DNA of 64,000 bases from Candidatus Nitrosopolaris sp. (GTDB lineage Bacteria > Chloroflexota > Dormibacteria > Dormibacterales > Dormibacteraceae), in assembly GCA_035636885.1 (NCBI GenBank), contig DASPYG010000019.1, forward strand, positions 328-64,327. The letters are read 5' to 3'. Shown here one piece after another: positions 46,422-55,132 of the stretch. How positions within the stretch are numbered: position 1 is the first letter of the stretch; every line of letters begins with the position of its first letter. The position numbers and the translations under genes were made by a program. The notes under the pieces were generated by a model. That model saw only the letters and a list, made by a program, of their open reading frames with translations, made no database searches and was not told where the DNA came from.

Positions 46422-46705
46422 TGTTCTGGAACGTCGTTCTCGGCGGCCTCGGAGTGCTGGCCGGCTTCGCATCGTGGATGGGTTGGCTGCCGCGGAGGCG
46501 GCGGATTGGTTATTTCTGGGGCGGGGCCCACGCGGAATGGATGATCATGGGCGCGGGACTCCTTGTGCTCGGCCCGGCTGTTGTTTACCACTTACAGCTG
46601 CTGGGCCTTCTGGGATTCGCGATAGTGGTGGCGGGGTTTGTTCTCGGCCTGGTATCGCCTCCATGGCTCGTCCCGAGGTGGTACAAGGAACAGTTTCCCG
46701 GCTGA
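46421..46705 (+). CDS. Small hypothetical membrane protein (3 predicted helices)
   Basis: MFWNVVLGGLGVLAGFASW... 94 aa. The ATG overlaps the purH stop (TGATG). Confidence 0.5.
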   Translation: MFWNVVLGGLGVLAGFASWMGWLPRRRRIGYFWGGAHAEWMIMGAGLLVLGPAVVYHLQLLGLLGFAIVVAGFVLGLVSPPWLVPRWYKEQFPG

Positions 46706-46709
46706 TGCG

Positions 46710-47465
46710 ATGACCAAAGTGCAGGCTGGATTCGGCGAAGAGGGTCGCAAGCTCTCGTATGGGACGTATCTCAAGATCTCGGAGCTGCTCGCGCTGCAGG
46801 ATGGGCTGAGCCACGAGCACGACGAGCTCCTCTTCATCGTCGCGCACCAGGTCTACGAGCTGTGGTTCAAGGTGGTTCTGCGGGAGCTCGAGGCGGCGCG
46901 GACGAGCATGGATCGCGACGATCTTTTCTTCGCGCGCCACCACCTGCGCCGGGTGCATGTCATCGAGCGCCTGCTGGTCGAGCAGATCGAGGTGCTCGAG
47001 ACGATGTCGCCGCAGGACTTCCTCGCGTTCCGCTCCCAGCTCGCGCCGGCGAGCGGCTTTCAGTCGGTCCAGTTCCGCGAGATCGAGTTCCTGTCCGGAT
47101 CGAAGGACGCTAAGTATCTCGCGCGCCTGGAGGCGAGCCCTGAGGAGATGCTCCGGCTGCAGCGGCGCCTGGACGAACCGTCGCTCGCCGATGCGTTCCA
47201 TGGCCTGGTCGAGCGGCGCGGGTCGCCCTCGCTGCTGGAGATCTTCCACGACCGGGAGCGATACGGCGACCTGTTCGACCTGTGCGAGGAGCTGCTCGAC
47301 CACGACGAAGCGTTCGCGCACTGGCGCGCTCGGCACTTGCTGATGGTCGAGCGCCAGATCGGTTCCAAGCCCGGTACCGGCGGCAGCAGCGGCGCCCAAT
47401 ACCTACGCTCGACGCTAGGCAAGCGCTTCTACCCAGAGCTCTGGGACGTGAGGTCCCAGCTATGA
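46710..47465 (+). CDS. kynA: Tryptophan 2,3-dioxygenase
   Basis: SYGTYLKISELLALQ, LLFIVAHQVYELWFK, SGFQSVQFREIEF, TGGSSG. Confidence 0.88.
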   Translation: MTKVQAGFGEEGRKLSYGTYLKISELLALQDGLSHEHDELLFIVAHQVYELWFKVVLRELEAARTSMDRDDLFFARHHLRRVHVIERLLVEQIEVLETMSPQDFLAFRSQLAPASGFQSVQFREIEFLSGSKDAKYLARLEASPEEMLRLQRRLDEPSLADAFHGLVERRGSPSLLEIFHDRERYGDLFDLCEELLDHDEAFAHWRARHLLMVERQIGSKPGTGGSSGAQYLRSTLGKRFYPELWDVRSQL

Positions 47466-47649
47466 AATCGCGGGGGGATAGTTATCCCCCCCGCGGACCC
47501 TCCCCTCTCCTCGGCCACGCTGGGTGGCGATTGGAAGGGGCATAAGAGACGGCCGAAGTAAATTCGGCCTTAGGCTCCACATTGGGTTCTACTTGAAAGG
47601 GTTATTGCCGTGAAGGCTGGGTTCGCCGGCGAGCGACCCGAGAACACCA
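47466..47649 (-). repeat. Tandem duplication unit B1 (184 bp), containing a reverse-orientation copy of the structured repeat family
   Basis: Roughly 90% or more identical by eye to 47650-47833. The reverse complement of 47469-47595 aligns with copy A1 (GGAGCCTAAGGCCGAATTTACTTCGGCCGTC...CCAATCGCCACCCAGCGTGGCCGAGGAGAGGGGAGGGT...hairpin). Confidence 0.85.
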
Positions 47650-47833
47650 AAGCGCGGGGGGATAGTTATCCCCCGCCGCGGACCCTCCCCTCTCCTCGGC
47701 CACGCTGGTTGGGATTGGAAGGGGCATAAGAGACGGCCGAAGTAAATTCGGCCTTAGGCTCCACTTTGGGTTCTACTTGAAAGAGTTGTTGTTGTGAAGG
47801 CTGGATTCGCCGGCGAGCGCCCGGAGCACCACA
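47650..47833 (-). repeat. Tandem duplication unit B2 (184 bp), overlapping the 5' leader of the small Cys-rich ORF
   Basis: See B1. Only this copy retains GGAG-N6-ATG (47823-47835). Confidence 0.85.
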
Positions 47834-47979
47834 TGAAGAAGTCACCGGCGGAGCACCCGAAGGTGACGTGCGGCACCTGTCGCATGTTCGACGGCACCGC
47901 CTGGTGCCGGCACTGGAATTTCCACACCACCGCCGAATCCCCGCCGTGCCGGTTCTACACCAGGAGGTCCGAGCGATGA
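47833..47979 (+). CDS. Small 4-Cys protein (48 aa; CxxC-x8-C-x13-C)
   Basis: [52 protein letters not shown] lies 6 nt upstream. The stop overlaps the peptidase ATG (ATGA). The GTG at 47794 is an alternative start lying inside the repeat. Confidence 0.5.
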   Translation: MKKSPAEHPKVTCGTCRMFDGTAWCRHWNFHTTAESPPCRFYTRRSER

Positions 47980-49808
47980 CCGAAGCCAAGACTCAGTCCA
48001 AGGCAGCGCCACCGCCACCGATCGTCTACCCGCCCTATCACACGGTCCGGCGCTACTCCGGGACATCGCAGGTGGCGCTGTCGCCGGATGGATCGACGCT
48101 TGCGATCGCGTCGCGCCAAGAAGGCCCGGCGATGGTTTGCGAGATCTCGGTCGGTGGGGGCCGGCTGCGCCCCGCATTCGCGATCGCGGGCGCCTCGGTG
48201 CACGGTCTGTCCTGGTCGCAGTGTGGCGAGCTCTACTGCACAGCCGATCGAGGCGGCAGCGAGCGATGGCAGGTCTATGTGCGGCGCAAGGATGGACTCG
48301 TCGAGGAGTTCGCGGTCAGCGAAGCCGACCGGGTTCAGCACCACCTGTCGCAGTCGGCGACATCGCCCGACGGCGCAAGCGTCGCGATCGGCACCAACGC
48401 TCGCGACGAGAGCGACGTCGACATCGCGATCGGCGACGCGAAGACGGGGCATCAGCGCCTGGTCGTCTCTGGCCCGGCATGGCATGTGGCCGGCTCATGG
48501 TCTCCTGACGGCCGCTGGCTCGCGGTGATGCGTGTCGCGCAGAACACCGATCAGGACCTCCTTGTGGTCGAAGACGCTTCGGGTGAGGTCATCGAGGTGA
48601 CCACGCACCAGGGCGAGATGCAGAACGTGCCGGCGGGCTGGCTCGCGGACGGGCGCATGCTCGCCATCACCGACCACGACAGCGACTTCCTGCACCTGGA
48701 AGCGCTCGACCTCCACAGTGGCGGTCGCGAGATCTTCGACAAGCCGGACGCGGACGTTGAGATTGCCGCTGCATCGTCTGATGGATGTGGGGTGGTGTGG
48801 AGCGTCAACGAAGACGGCTACTCACGCCTGCGGTGGCGATTTGCAGCTGGCCCGATCGGCGAGCGCGCCACGGATGGGCAGGTCGGCGACGTGGTCGTCG
48901 CGTCAGATGGCACACGGGCCGCATACACGCTGTTTCCGCTGGCCGGGCCAGAGGAGATACGGGTGCTGACCCTGGCCACCGGCGAGGATCGCGTGCTGGT
49001 GACGGGAGAGGCACTCCCCCAGTACGGCCCAAGGCCCGAATCGCTCCGGATCAACGGCACCGAAGGCGACATCCCGTGCTACTTCTATCGCCCCCAACGT
49101 TCGGCGGCCCCCATGCCGGCGCTCCTTGTGATCCATGGCGGGCCCGAAGGCCAGTCGCGGCCGTCGATGGACGATCCGTTCTTGCTCGATCTGCTGGCCC
49201 AAGGCGTGGCGATAGTCGTCCCCAACATCCACGGCTCCACGGGCTACGGAAAGCAATGGCAGCGCCGGATTCATCGAGACTGGGGTGGGATCGATCTCGC
49301 CGACCTACGGTCGGTCGCGGAATGGATGCGCGCCCATCCGGAGCTGAGCTCGGATCGGCTGGGAGTCTTGGGCGGCTCATACGGAGGCTTCGCCACCCTC
49401 ACCTGTGTGACGAGGCTGGCCGAGTTCTGGTGCTGCGGAGTCGATCTGGTCGGACCGGTGAATCTCCTCACGATGCTGGAGAACGACCCTCCCAACTGGC
49501 GCCGGTGGAACAAGCTCTGGATCGGGGACCTCGACACGGATCGCGAGAAGCTCATCCAGCGCTCGCCGATCACGTACGTCGAAAACGTCCGCTGCCCGTT
49601 GCTCGTCATTCAAGGTGACAACGACCCGCGCGTCCCGCGCGAGGAGTCGGACCAGCTCGTCGATCGGTTGCGTGCACTGGGCCGGCCGGTCGAGTACATC
49701 ACGCTGGGGGATGAAGGCCACGGCTTTGTGCGTCTAGACAGCCGGCAGCTCGTGCTCGAACGGGTAGGCCAGTTCCTCGACCGATACCTGGTCGAGCCGA
49801 GGGCCTGA
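47976..49808 (+). CDS. S9-family serine peptidase (prolyl oligopeptidase/acylaminoacyl peptidase-like) with N-terminal beta-propeller
   Basis: SPDG-type blades, GGSYGG nucleophile elbow, QGDNDPRVP (Asp), EGHGF (His). AGGAGG lies 8 nt upstream of the ATG. Confidence 0.88.
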   Translation: MTEAKTQSKAAPPPPIVYPPYHTVRRYSGTSQVALSPDGSTLAIASRQEGPAMVCEISVGGGRLRPAFAIAGASVHGLSWSQCGELYCTADRGGSERWQVYVRRKDGLVEEFAVSEADRVQHHLSQSATSPDGASVAIGTNARDESDVDIAIGDAKTGHQRLVVSGPAWHVAGSWSPDGRWLAVMRVAQNTDQDLLVVEDASGEVIEVTTHQGEMQNVPAGWLADGRMLAITDHDSDFLHLEALDLHSGGREIFDKPDADVEIAAASSDGCGVVWSVNEDGYSRLRWRFAAGPIGERATDGQVGDVVVASDGTRAAYTLFPLAGPEEIRVLTLATGEDRVLVTGEALPQYGPRPESLRINGTEGDIPCYFYRPQRSAAPMPALLVIHGGPEGQSRPSMDDPFLLDLLAQGVAIVVPNIHGSTGYGKQWQRRIHRDWGGIDLADLRSVAEWMRAHPELSSDRLGVLGGSYGGFATLTCVTRLAEFWCCGVDLVGPVNLLTMLENDPPNWRRWNKLWIGDLDTDREKLIQRSPITYVENVRCPLLVIQGDNDPRVPREESDQLVDRLRALGRPVEYITLGDEGHGFVRLDSRQLVLERVGQFLDRYLVEPRA

Positions 49809-49814
49809 TCGAGG

Positions 49815-49843
49815 CGAGGGCGCCGCACGGCGCGGCGCCCTCG
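49815..49843. terminator. GC-rich hairpin between convergent genes (putative bidirectional terminator)
   Basis: CGAGGGCGCCGC-ACGGC-GCGGCGCCCTCG, a 12-bp perfect stem. A short T-containing tract follows (ATCTTC). Confidence 0.5.
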
Positions 49844-49855
49844 ATCTTCAAGTGG

Positions 49856-51343
49856 TTAGGCGGCGTCTTCCAGCTGTGCCGTTCGTTCCGTCTGTGGCAT
49901 GCGCTGGATGCGCGGCGCGCTCGGTGAACGAAGCACCAGCAGCACGACCAGCAAGCCGGCCGCCACAGAGGCCGCGGCCAGCAAGAACGCGAGCTGGTAG
50001 CCGCCGGTGAGCGCGGTGGACAGGGAAGCGCCCTGTGCGACCAGGGATTTCGCGTGGTCGGTCGAGATCGTGCCCAGTGCGGCGAGGCCAACTGAGGCGC
50101 CCATCTGCATCGACAGGTTGCCAAAACCGGAGGCGAGGCCGGCGTCGGCGGCAGGCACCTCCGACATCGAGATCGTGAGAATGGGCATGAACGACATGCC
50201 TGCCCCGAGCCCGAACAACAAGTAGGCGGCGAAGATCCTCGGGAAGTAGCTGGTCTGCTCGTCAGCGCCAGACAGTAGAAAGAGCGCTGAGCTGATCGTC
50301 AAGAGACCGACGACAAGCAGGCTCCGCGCGCCGAAGCGTGCCATGAGTCTCGCCGTGACGCCCACCGAAAGGGTCGCCAGCGCCAGCGTCGAAGGCAGGA
50401 ACGCGAGGCCGATGCCGATCGCGCTGAACCCCTTGACGTGCTGGAGGTAGAGGGCGCCGATGAAGAAGTTCGTGAACATGCCGGCCACGAGGAACGCACG
50501 TGCGGCGCTCGCGCCGGTGAGCGAACGGAGCCTGAGAATGCGCAGCGGCATGATCGGATTCTTCACGCGCGACTCGAACAGGACGAACCCGGCCAGCAGC
50601 GCAAGCGACGCCCCGCCGAATCCGAGCGTGTGTGCGGAGGTCCAGCCCTGCTCGGCCGCTGTCACGATCGCGTAGACGCCGAGCATCAAGGCCGAGGTGA
50701 TCAGCACGGAGCCGGCGACATCGACGCCCTGGCTCAGGCCGATGCCCTTGTTCTCCTCGATCAGCCACCAGCCGAGCAGCAACGTACCCACGCCGATCGG
50801 CACGTTGATGAAGAAGATCCAGTGCCAGTTGATCATCTGGGTCAGCAATCCGCCGGCCAACAGGCCGAGCGAACCGCCGCCGGCGACGACGAACGTCAGG
50901 ACGCTCATCGCCTGGGCCCGCTCCTGCGGCTTGGGAAAGCCCGTGACGATGATGGCGATGATGACGCCGGCCGACAACGCGCCCCCCAACCCTTGCAGCG
51001 CGCGCGTCGCGACGAGGGTGGCGGGATCGCGCGCCAGCCCGGTCAGGGCCGAGGTGATGGTGAAGACGACGACGCCGGCCAGAAACACCTTCTTCCGGCC
51101 GATCAGGTCGCCGGCGCGCCCCGCCAAAAGCAGGAAGCTGCCGTATGTGATCAGGTAGGCGTTGACGACCCAGGTCAGGTCGGCCTGCGTGAAGTGCAGG
51201 TCCCGCTGGATCGCGGGCAGCGCGACGTTCACGATCGTCGAGTCGAGGACGATCATCAGCTGCCCGAGGCAGACCACGACCAGGGCGATCCAGCGTCGCC
51301 GGTCGCTCAAAGGGGGTCGGATTGCCGAAGAATGTATTTTCAT
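49856..51343 (-). CDS. MFS transporter, DHA2 (EmrB/QacA-like, 14-TMS) drug:H+ antiporter family
   Basis: LGQLMIVLDSTIVNVALPAIQRDL, GRAGDLIGRKK, ~14 hydrophobic segments. Confidence 0.88.
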   Translation of the reverse strand: MKIHSSAIRPPLSDRRRWIALVVVCLGQLMIVLDSTIVNVALPAIQRDLHFTQADLTWVVNAYLITYGSFLLLAGRAGDLIGRKKVFLAGVVVFTITSALTGLARDPATLVATRALQGLGGALSAGVIIAIIVTGFPKPQERAQAMSVLTFVVAGGGSLGLLAGGLLTQMINWHWIFFINVPIGVGTLLLGWWLIEENKGIGLSQGVDVAGSVLITSALMLGVYAIVTAAEQGWTSAHTLGFGGASLALLAGFVLFESRVKNPIMPLRILRLRSLTGASAARAFLVAGMFTNFFIGALYLQHVKGFSAIGIGLAFLPSTLALATLSVGVTARLMARFGARSLLVVGLLTISSALFLLSGADEQTSYFPRIFAAYLLFGLGAGMSFMPILTISMSEVPAADAGLASGFGNLSMQMGASVGLAALGTISTDHAKSLVAQGASLSTALTGGYQLAFLLAAASVAAGLLVVLLVLRSPSAPRIQRMPQTERTAQLEDAA

Positions 51344-51410
51344 AACGCCTCCACAGATGAACCGGTATTCGTGACGATCACTATAACAGGACCATTATCA
51401 TCCTTATTGC

Positions 51411-51920
51411 ATGGATTATCTGGAAAGTGGGAATGGTTCTCATCTAGTGCTAGGATCAGAAGAGGCGAAAGAGATGGAGAAGGAGAGCGGGGCGGGGCTG
51501 ATCGCCCTCGTCACCCAGATCAGCAAGGCGCTGAACCGGAGGACCTCGGAGGAGCTCCTGGGCATGCGCCTGAAGCAGTTCATGGTCCTCGGCTACGTCC
51601 GCGAGCGGGGCAGCGTATCCCAGCAGGAGCTGGAGACGGCCATGTTGATCGACGCCAACGCCGTGGTGCTGCTCCTGAACGAGATGGAGGCGGCCGGCTG
51701 GTCGGTGCGCAAGCGCGACCCGCACGACCGCAGGCGTCACCTCGTCGAGATCACCGAATCGGGGAAGACCGCGGTCGACCACGCGGAGAAAGCGCGGGAG
51801 CGACTGGAAGAGGAGATCCTGCGAGACCTCAGCCCAGAGGAGCGGGCGACCCTGATCAAACTGATGCGGCGGGCCCTCGACGGCCTGCTCAGGGCCACAC
51901 CGGAGCCGGCCAAGCTCTAG
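51411..51920 (+). CDS. MarR-family transcriptional regulator
   Basis: LKQFMVLGYVRERGSVSQQELETAMLIDANAVVLLLNEMEAAGWSVRKRDPHDRRRHLVEITESG. Divergent from the MFS gene. The start may be internal. Confidence 0.88.
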   Translation: MDYLESGNGSHLVLGSEEAKEMEKESGAGLIALVTQISKALNRRTSEELLGMRLKQFMVLGYVRERGSVSQQELETAMLIDANAVVLLLNEMEAAGWSVRKRDPHDRRRHLVEITESGKTAVDHAEKARERLEEEILRDLSPEERATLIKLMRRALDGLLRATPEPAKL

Positions 51921-51980
51921 CCGGCGGCCGGGGTCCCGCTCGGCACGTTACTTTCCGGGGGGAAAACAGGTCTAAGAGAT

Positions 51981-52514
51981 GTGATCGCCCAACCGGCATC
52001 TGATGCCGGCCGGACCCCGACCGTCACTCTCGTCCCTGACGATCCGCGGGAGTTCGAGGCCGCTCTCAGGCAGGTGAGCCGGACGGCCTTCTTGCTCGCG
52101 CGTCAGGTGGGACGAAGCCCGGACGAGGCCATGGACATCGTCCAGGAAGCCGCCCTACGCGGATGGCGATACCGATCGACGAGGACCGGTGAGTTTCGAC
52201 CCTGGTTTCTTTCGATCGTCTACCGCCTGAGCCGTCGGCGGATACCAGAGTGGATACCCCTCCCGGCCGGTTGGGATGCGCCTGCGCCTGACAGCCTTCG
52301 ATCTGAGATCGACCCGGAGCTGGTCGCCGCCATGCGACGGCTCCCGTCGCGCCAGCGTGCGGCGCTCTGGCTGCGCTACTGCGACGACCTGGCGATCGGC
52401 GACGTCGCCCGAATCATGGGCTGCAGCGAAAACGCTGCCAAACAGCTCTTGCTCCGCGGGCGCGACGGCCTGCGGGCGCGCCTCTCATCCAGCCCTCAGG
52501 AGGTGTCTTCATGA
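51981..52514 (+). CDS. ECF-type sigma-70 family sigma factor
   Basis: DEAMDIVQEAALRGW...FRPWFLSIVYRLSRRR and region 4 LPSRQRAALWLRYCDDLAIGDVARIMGCSENAAKQLLLRG. GTG start. Confidence 0.85.
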   Translation: MIAQPASDAGRTPTVTLVPDDPREFEAALRQVSRTAFLLARQVGRSPDEAMDIVQEAALRGWRYRSTRTGEFRPWFLSIVYRLSRRRIPEWIPLPAGWDAPAPDSLRSEIDPELVAAMRRLPSRQRAALWLRYCDDLAIGDVARIMGCSENAAKQLLLRGRDGLRARLSSSPQEVSS

Positions 52515-53623
52515 CCCGGCCCATCACCCTTGAAGAGATCGCCGAGCGCTTGCGCTCTCTCGATGAGACGCTCATCGTCGGGCCCGAAGATTCGCGAGCG
52601 CTGGGCCGAATCATGGAGCTGCGCATTCCGGCTGCCCGCACGCAGAGGGAACCTGCGCGGGCGAGCCGGCGCTGGGTTGTGCGCCTGAGCGCGGTCACGA
52701 CGATCATCGCGGTCGTGATGCTCGCGAACTTGGCTGCAGCTTACTTCGCGCCGACCTACAGCCGGGCGCTGGCTGATGCTCCTGGCGTCGGTGGCCCGTC
52801 GAGCAAGATCCTCGCCACCTTTGGACTGAACGCGGGGCAGGTGACTGTGATCAACGACTCTGCGACTTCGTCCGGCCATACCTTGCGCCTGGCTGCCGGT
52901 TATGCGGACGGCCTGCGAACGGTTCTGTTCGTATCTGTGGATGGAAAGGGCCTGGACGGCAATCCGAAGGGATACGGCATGAATCCTGGCGACTACGGCC
53001 TGGGCGACTTTAGCCTGACCGACCAGTTCGGTCATTCCTATGTTCCGAGCGGAGTCGGCTCACCGAACTGGATTCCATTCACGCCGCTTGCCTGGCCCGC
53101 ATCCACCGTTGGCGCACGCCTCACGCTGCATGTGACCAGCATCGATGCGCTGTGGCTGCGAGGCACTGGCGAGATCCGTGGCGATTGGACTCTGCATGCA
53201 ACCCTGGTCGCGGAGCCCGCTCGCACACTGCCGCTGCCGGCGCCGGTTCGGCTGCCGCAGGCCACCTACACCTTCACATCGATTCGCTCGAGCGCGACCA
53301 CGCTGACCATTCGGTGGAAGGTCGACGGGCCGGCCCTCGACCGCGTCAACGAAATGTGGGCGGCAGGCGGCAGCAGGACCGACCCGAACGTTCCACCACC
53401 GCCACGCACCGCAGAAGAGCGGCAACTGGAGCGCGACTACTTTTCTCCTCAGGTGTTCGACGCCTCTGGTCGGCCGATGCAGCTCTCCATATCGGGCATC
53501 ACGTTCACGAGGCCCGCAACCGGCGAGATCACCGTCTTCATTCCCGGCCCGGGCCGCTATCGCATCCAGCTCGGCGATGCGCTGGCAGCGGACGAGCTGC
53601 AGCGCTGGATCGTCGTGGCTTAG
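52511..53623 (+). CDS. Putative single-pass anti-sigma factor (DUF4179-like architecture)
   Basis: ATGA overlap with the sigma gene. TM helix VRLSAVTTIIAVVMLANLAAAYF and a beta-rich extracytoplasmic part. Confidence 0.55.
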   Translation: MTRPITLEEIAERLRSLDETLIVGPEDSRALGRIMELRIPAARTQREPARASRRWVVRLSAVTTIIAVVMLANLAAAYFAPTYSRALADAPGVGGPSSKILATFGLNAGQVTVINDSATSSGHTLRLAAGYADGLRTVLFVSVDGKGLDGNPKGYGMNPGDYGLGDFSLTDQFGHSYVPSGVGSPNWIPFTPLAWPASTVGARLTLHVTSIDALWLRGTGEIRGDWTLHATLVAEPARTLPLPAPVRLPQATYTFTSIRSSATTLTIRWKVDGPALDRVNEMWAAGGSRTDPNVPPPPRTAEERQLERDYFSPQVFDASGRPMQLSISGITFTRPATGEITVFIPGPGRYRIQLGDALAADELQRWIVVA

Positions 53624-54783
53624 TTCAGCCGCTCCACGATCATCGCCATCCCCTGGCCGCCGCCGACGCACATCGTCTCCAGCCCGTACGTCTTGTCCTT
53701 TTCGCGCAGGCCGTTGAGCAGGGTGCAGAGGATGCGGGCGCCGGTCATGCCAAACGGGTGGCCGAGCGCGATGGCGCCGCCGTGCGGGTTGAGCTTGTCG
53801 CTGAAGGGGTCGACCCCGATGCCCCTTGCTGAAGGGATGACCTGGGCGGCGAACGCCTCGTTGATCTCGACGATGTCGATGTCGTCGATCGTCATCTTGG
53901 CGCGCTTCAGCGCCTGCTTCGACGCCCCGATCGGGCCCAGGCCCATGAACTCGGGCTCGAGCGCGGTCAAGCCCGTGGAAACGACGCGGGCCACCGGCTT
54001 GATGCCCAGCTCCTTGGCCTTGCGCTCGGACATGACCACCACGGCCGCGGCGCCGTCGTTCAGGGGGCAAGAGTTGCCCGCGGTCACCGTGCCGTCCTCG
54101 CGGAAGGCGGGCTTGAGCGTCGCCAGCACCTCCATGGTCGTGCCGGGCCGCGGCCCGTCGTCCTTGTTGAACGTCTCGCCGTTCGGGAGCGGAACCGGAA
54201 TGATCTCGCGGTCGAAGAATCCGTCGTCGCGCGCCTTCACGGCTGCGGCCTGGCTCTTCACCGCGTAGCGGTCCTGCTCCTCGCGGCTGATCTTCTCGCG
54301 TCGCGCCACGTTCTCGGCGGTCTGGCCCATCGCGATGTAGATGTCGGGGTACTCCTCGGCATTGCCGGGCAGGAGCCTGGGGTTGAATGTGTCCGGCGCG
54401 TCCGGATAGCCGCTGCCGTAACGCGACACGCACTCCACCCCGACGGACAGAAACACATCACCCTCACCGGCCTCGATGGCGTGCGCAGCGATCCTGGTCG
54501 TCATCAAAGATGAAGAGCAGTAGCGGTTGACAGTCACACCGGGCACATCGAGCCGGCTCAGCACCGACACAATGCGGCCGATGTTGTGACCCTGCTCGCC
54601 ACCGGGCAGGCCGCATCCGCAGATGAGGTCTTCGATGTCGGAGCGCTCGAGCTGTGGCACCTGTTCCAGGACCTTCGTGACCACATAGGAGGCGAGGTCA
54701 TCCGGGCGCACGTCCACCAGCGAGCCTTTGCGCGCGCGGCCGATCGCGGAGCGGCCAAGGGCGGCGATCACTGCCTGCGTCAT
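53620..54783 (-). CDS. Acetyl-CoA C-acetyltransferase (thiolase)
   Basis: NRYCSSSLMT (active Cys), NPHGGAIALGHPFGMTGAR, CVGGGQGMAMIVERL. Confidence 0.92.
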   Translation of the reverse strand: MTQAVIAALGRSAIGRARKGSLVDVRPDDLASYVVTKVLEQVPQLERSDIEDLICGCGLPGGEQGHNIGRIVSVLSRLDVPGVTVNRYCSSSLMTTRIAAHAIEAGEGDVFLSVGVECVSRYGSGYPDAPDTFNPRLLPGNAEEYPDIYIAMGQTAENVARREKISREEQDRYAVKSQAAAVKARDDGFFDREIIPVPLPNGETFNKDDGPRPGTTMEVLATLKPAFREDGTVTAGNSCPLNDGAAAVVVMSERKAKELGIKPVARVVSTGLTALEPEFMGLGPIGASKQALKRAKMTIDDIDIVEINEAFAAQVIPSARGIGVDPFSDKLNPHGGAIALGHPFGMTGARILCTLLNGLREKDKTYGLETMCVGGGQGMAMIVERLN

Positions 54784-54816
54784 GGCTTGAAGCTTAGTAC
54801 GGCTTCCGGACGGCCG

Positions 54817-55119
54817 CTATTTCACGCGCTGGCGCTCGCCGGAGATGGCGAAGATGACGAAGCCCAACAACAGCGCCGCGATGACGGCCAGCACGGCGGC
54901 ACCGCTCATGTGGGCGAGGCCGGCGAGATACAAGACGGCCACCACAGTGGGCAGCCACAGCACGCCGGCCAGCTCGCGCCGACCCAGCCCGCGATGGCGC
55001 CGAGCCTCCATCAAGAGCTCGCGCGGCAGCGGCTCGTTGTCGTCCAGCGGAGCGAAGATCGTGTACATCCGGCGGCGCTCCAGGCTGCGAAGCTGGTCCT
55101 CTCGCATTGTGGTCCTCAC
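54817..55119 (-). CDS. Small hypothetical membrane protein
   Basis: 100 aa with two hydrophobic helices at the C-terminus. Last gene of the ABC operon by position. Confidence 0.45.
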   Translation of the reverse strand: MRTTMREDQLRSLERRRMYTIFAPLDDNEPLPRELLMEARRHRGLGRRELAGVLWLPTVVAVLYLAGLAHMSGAAVLAVIAALLLGFVIFAISGERQRVK

Positions 55120-55132
55120 ACCCAGTTTGCCA

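Noticed and set aside
36243-47399. Many long antisense ORFs across the pur cluster (for example 36243-37304, 40266-41477, 43507-44436, 45495-46472, 46545-47399) and same-strand out-of-frame ORFs (for example 45440-46705, 26449-27252)
   Set aside because: All overlap strongly supported purB/L/M/H, guaA and kynA genes. They have no recognisable motifs and are expected from GC3-biased coding sequence.
47466-47833. Possible CRISPR array or tandem riboswitch of a known class
   Set aside because: The two 184-bp units abut without spacers. I could not match the cores to glycine, ZTP, purine, SAM, c-di-AMP or other riboswitch consensus sequences I know.
47833-47979. Calling the 4-Cys ORF a HiPIP (high-potential iron-sulfur protein)
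   Set aside because: Only the W-C-x-x-W segment resembles the HiPIP signature. The Cys spacing (CxxC-x8-C-x13-C) and the lack of a Tat signal or GW motif do not fit.
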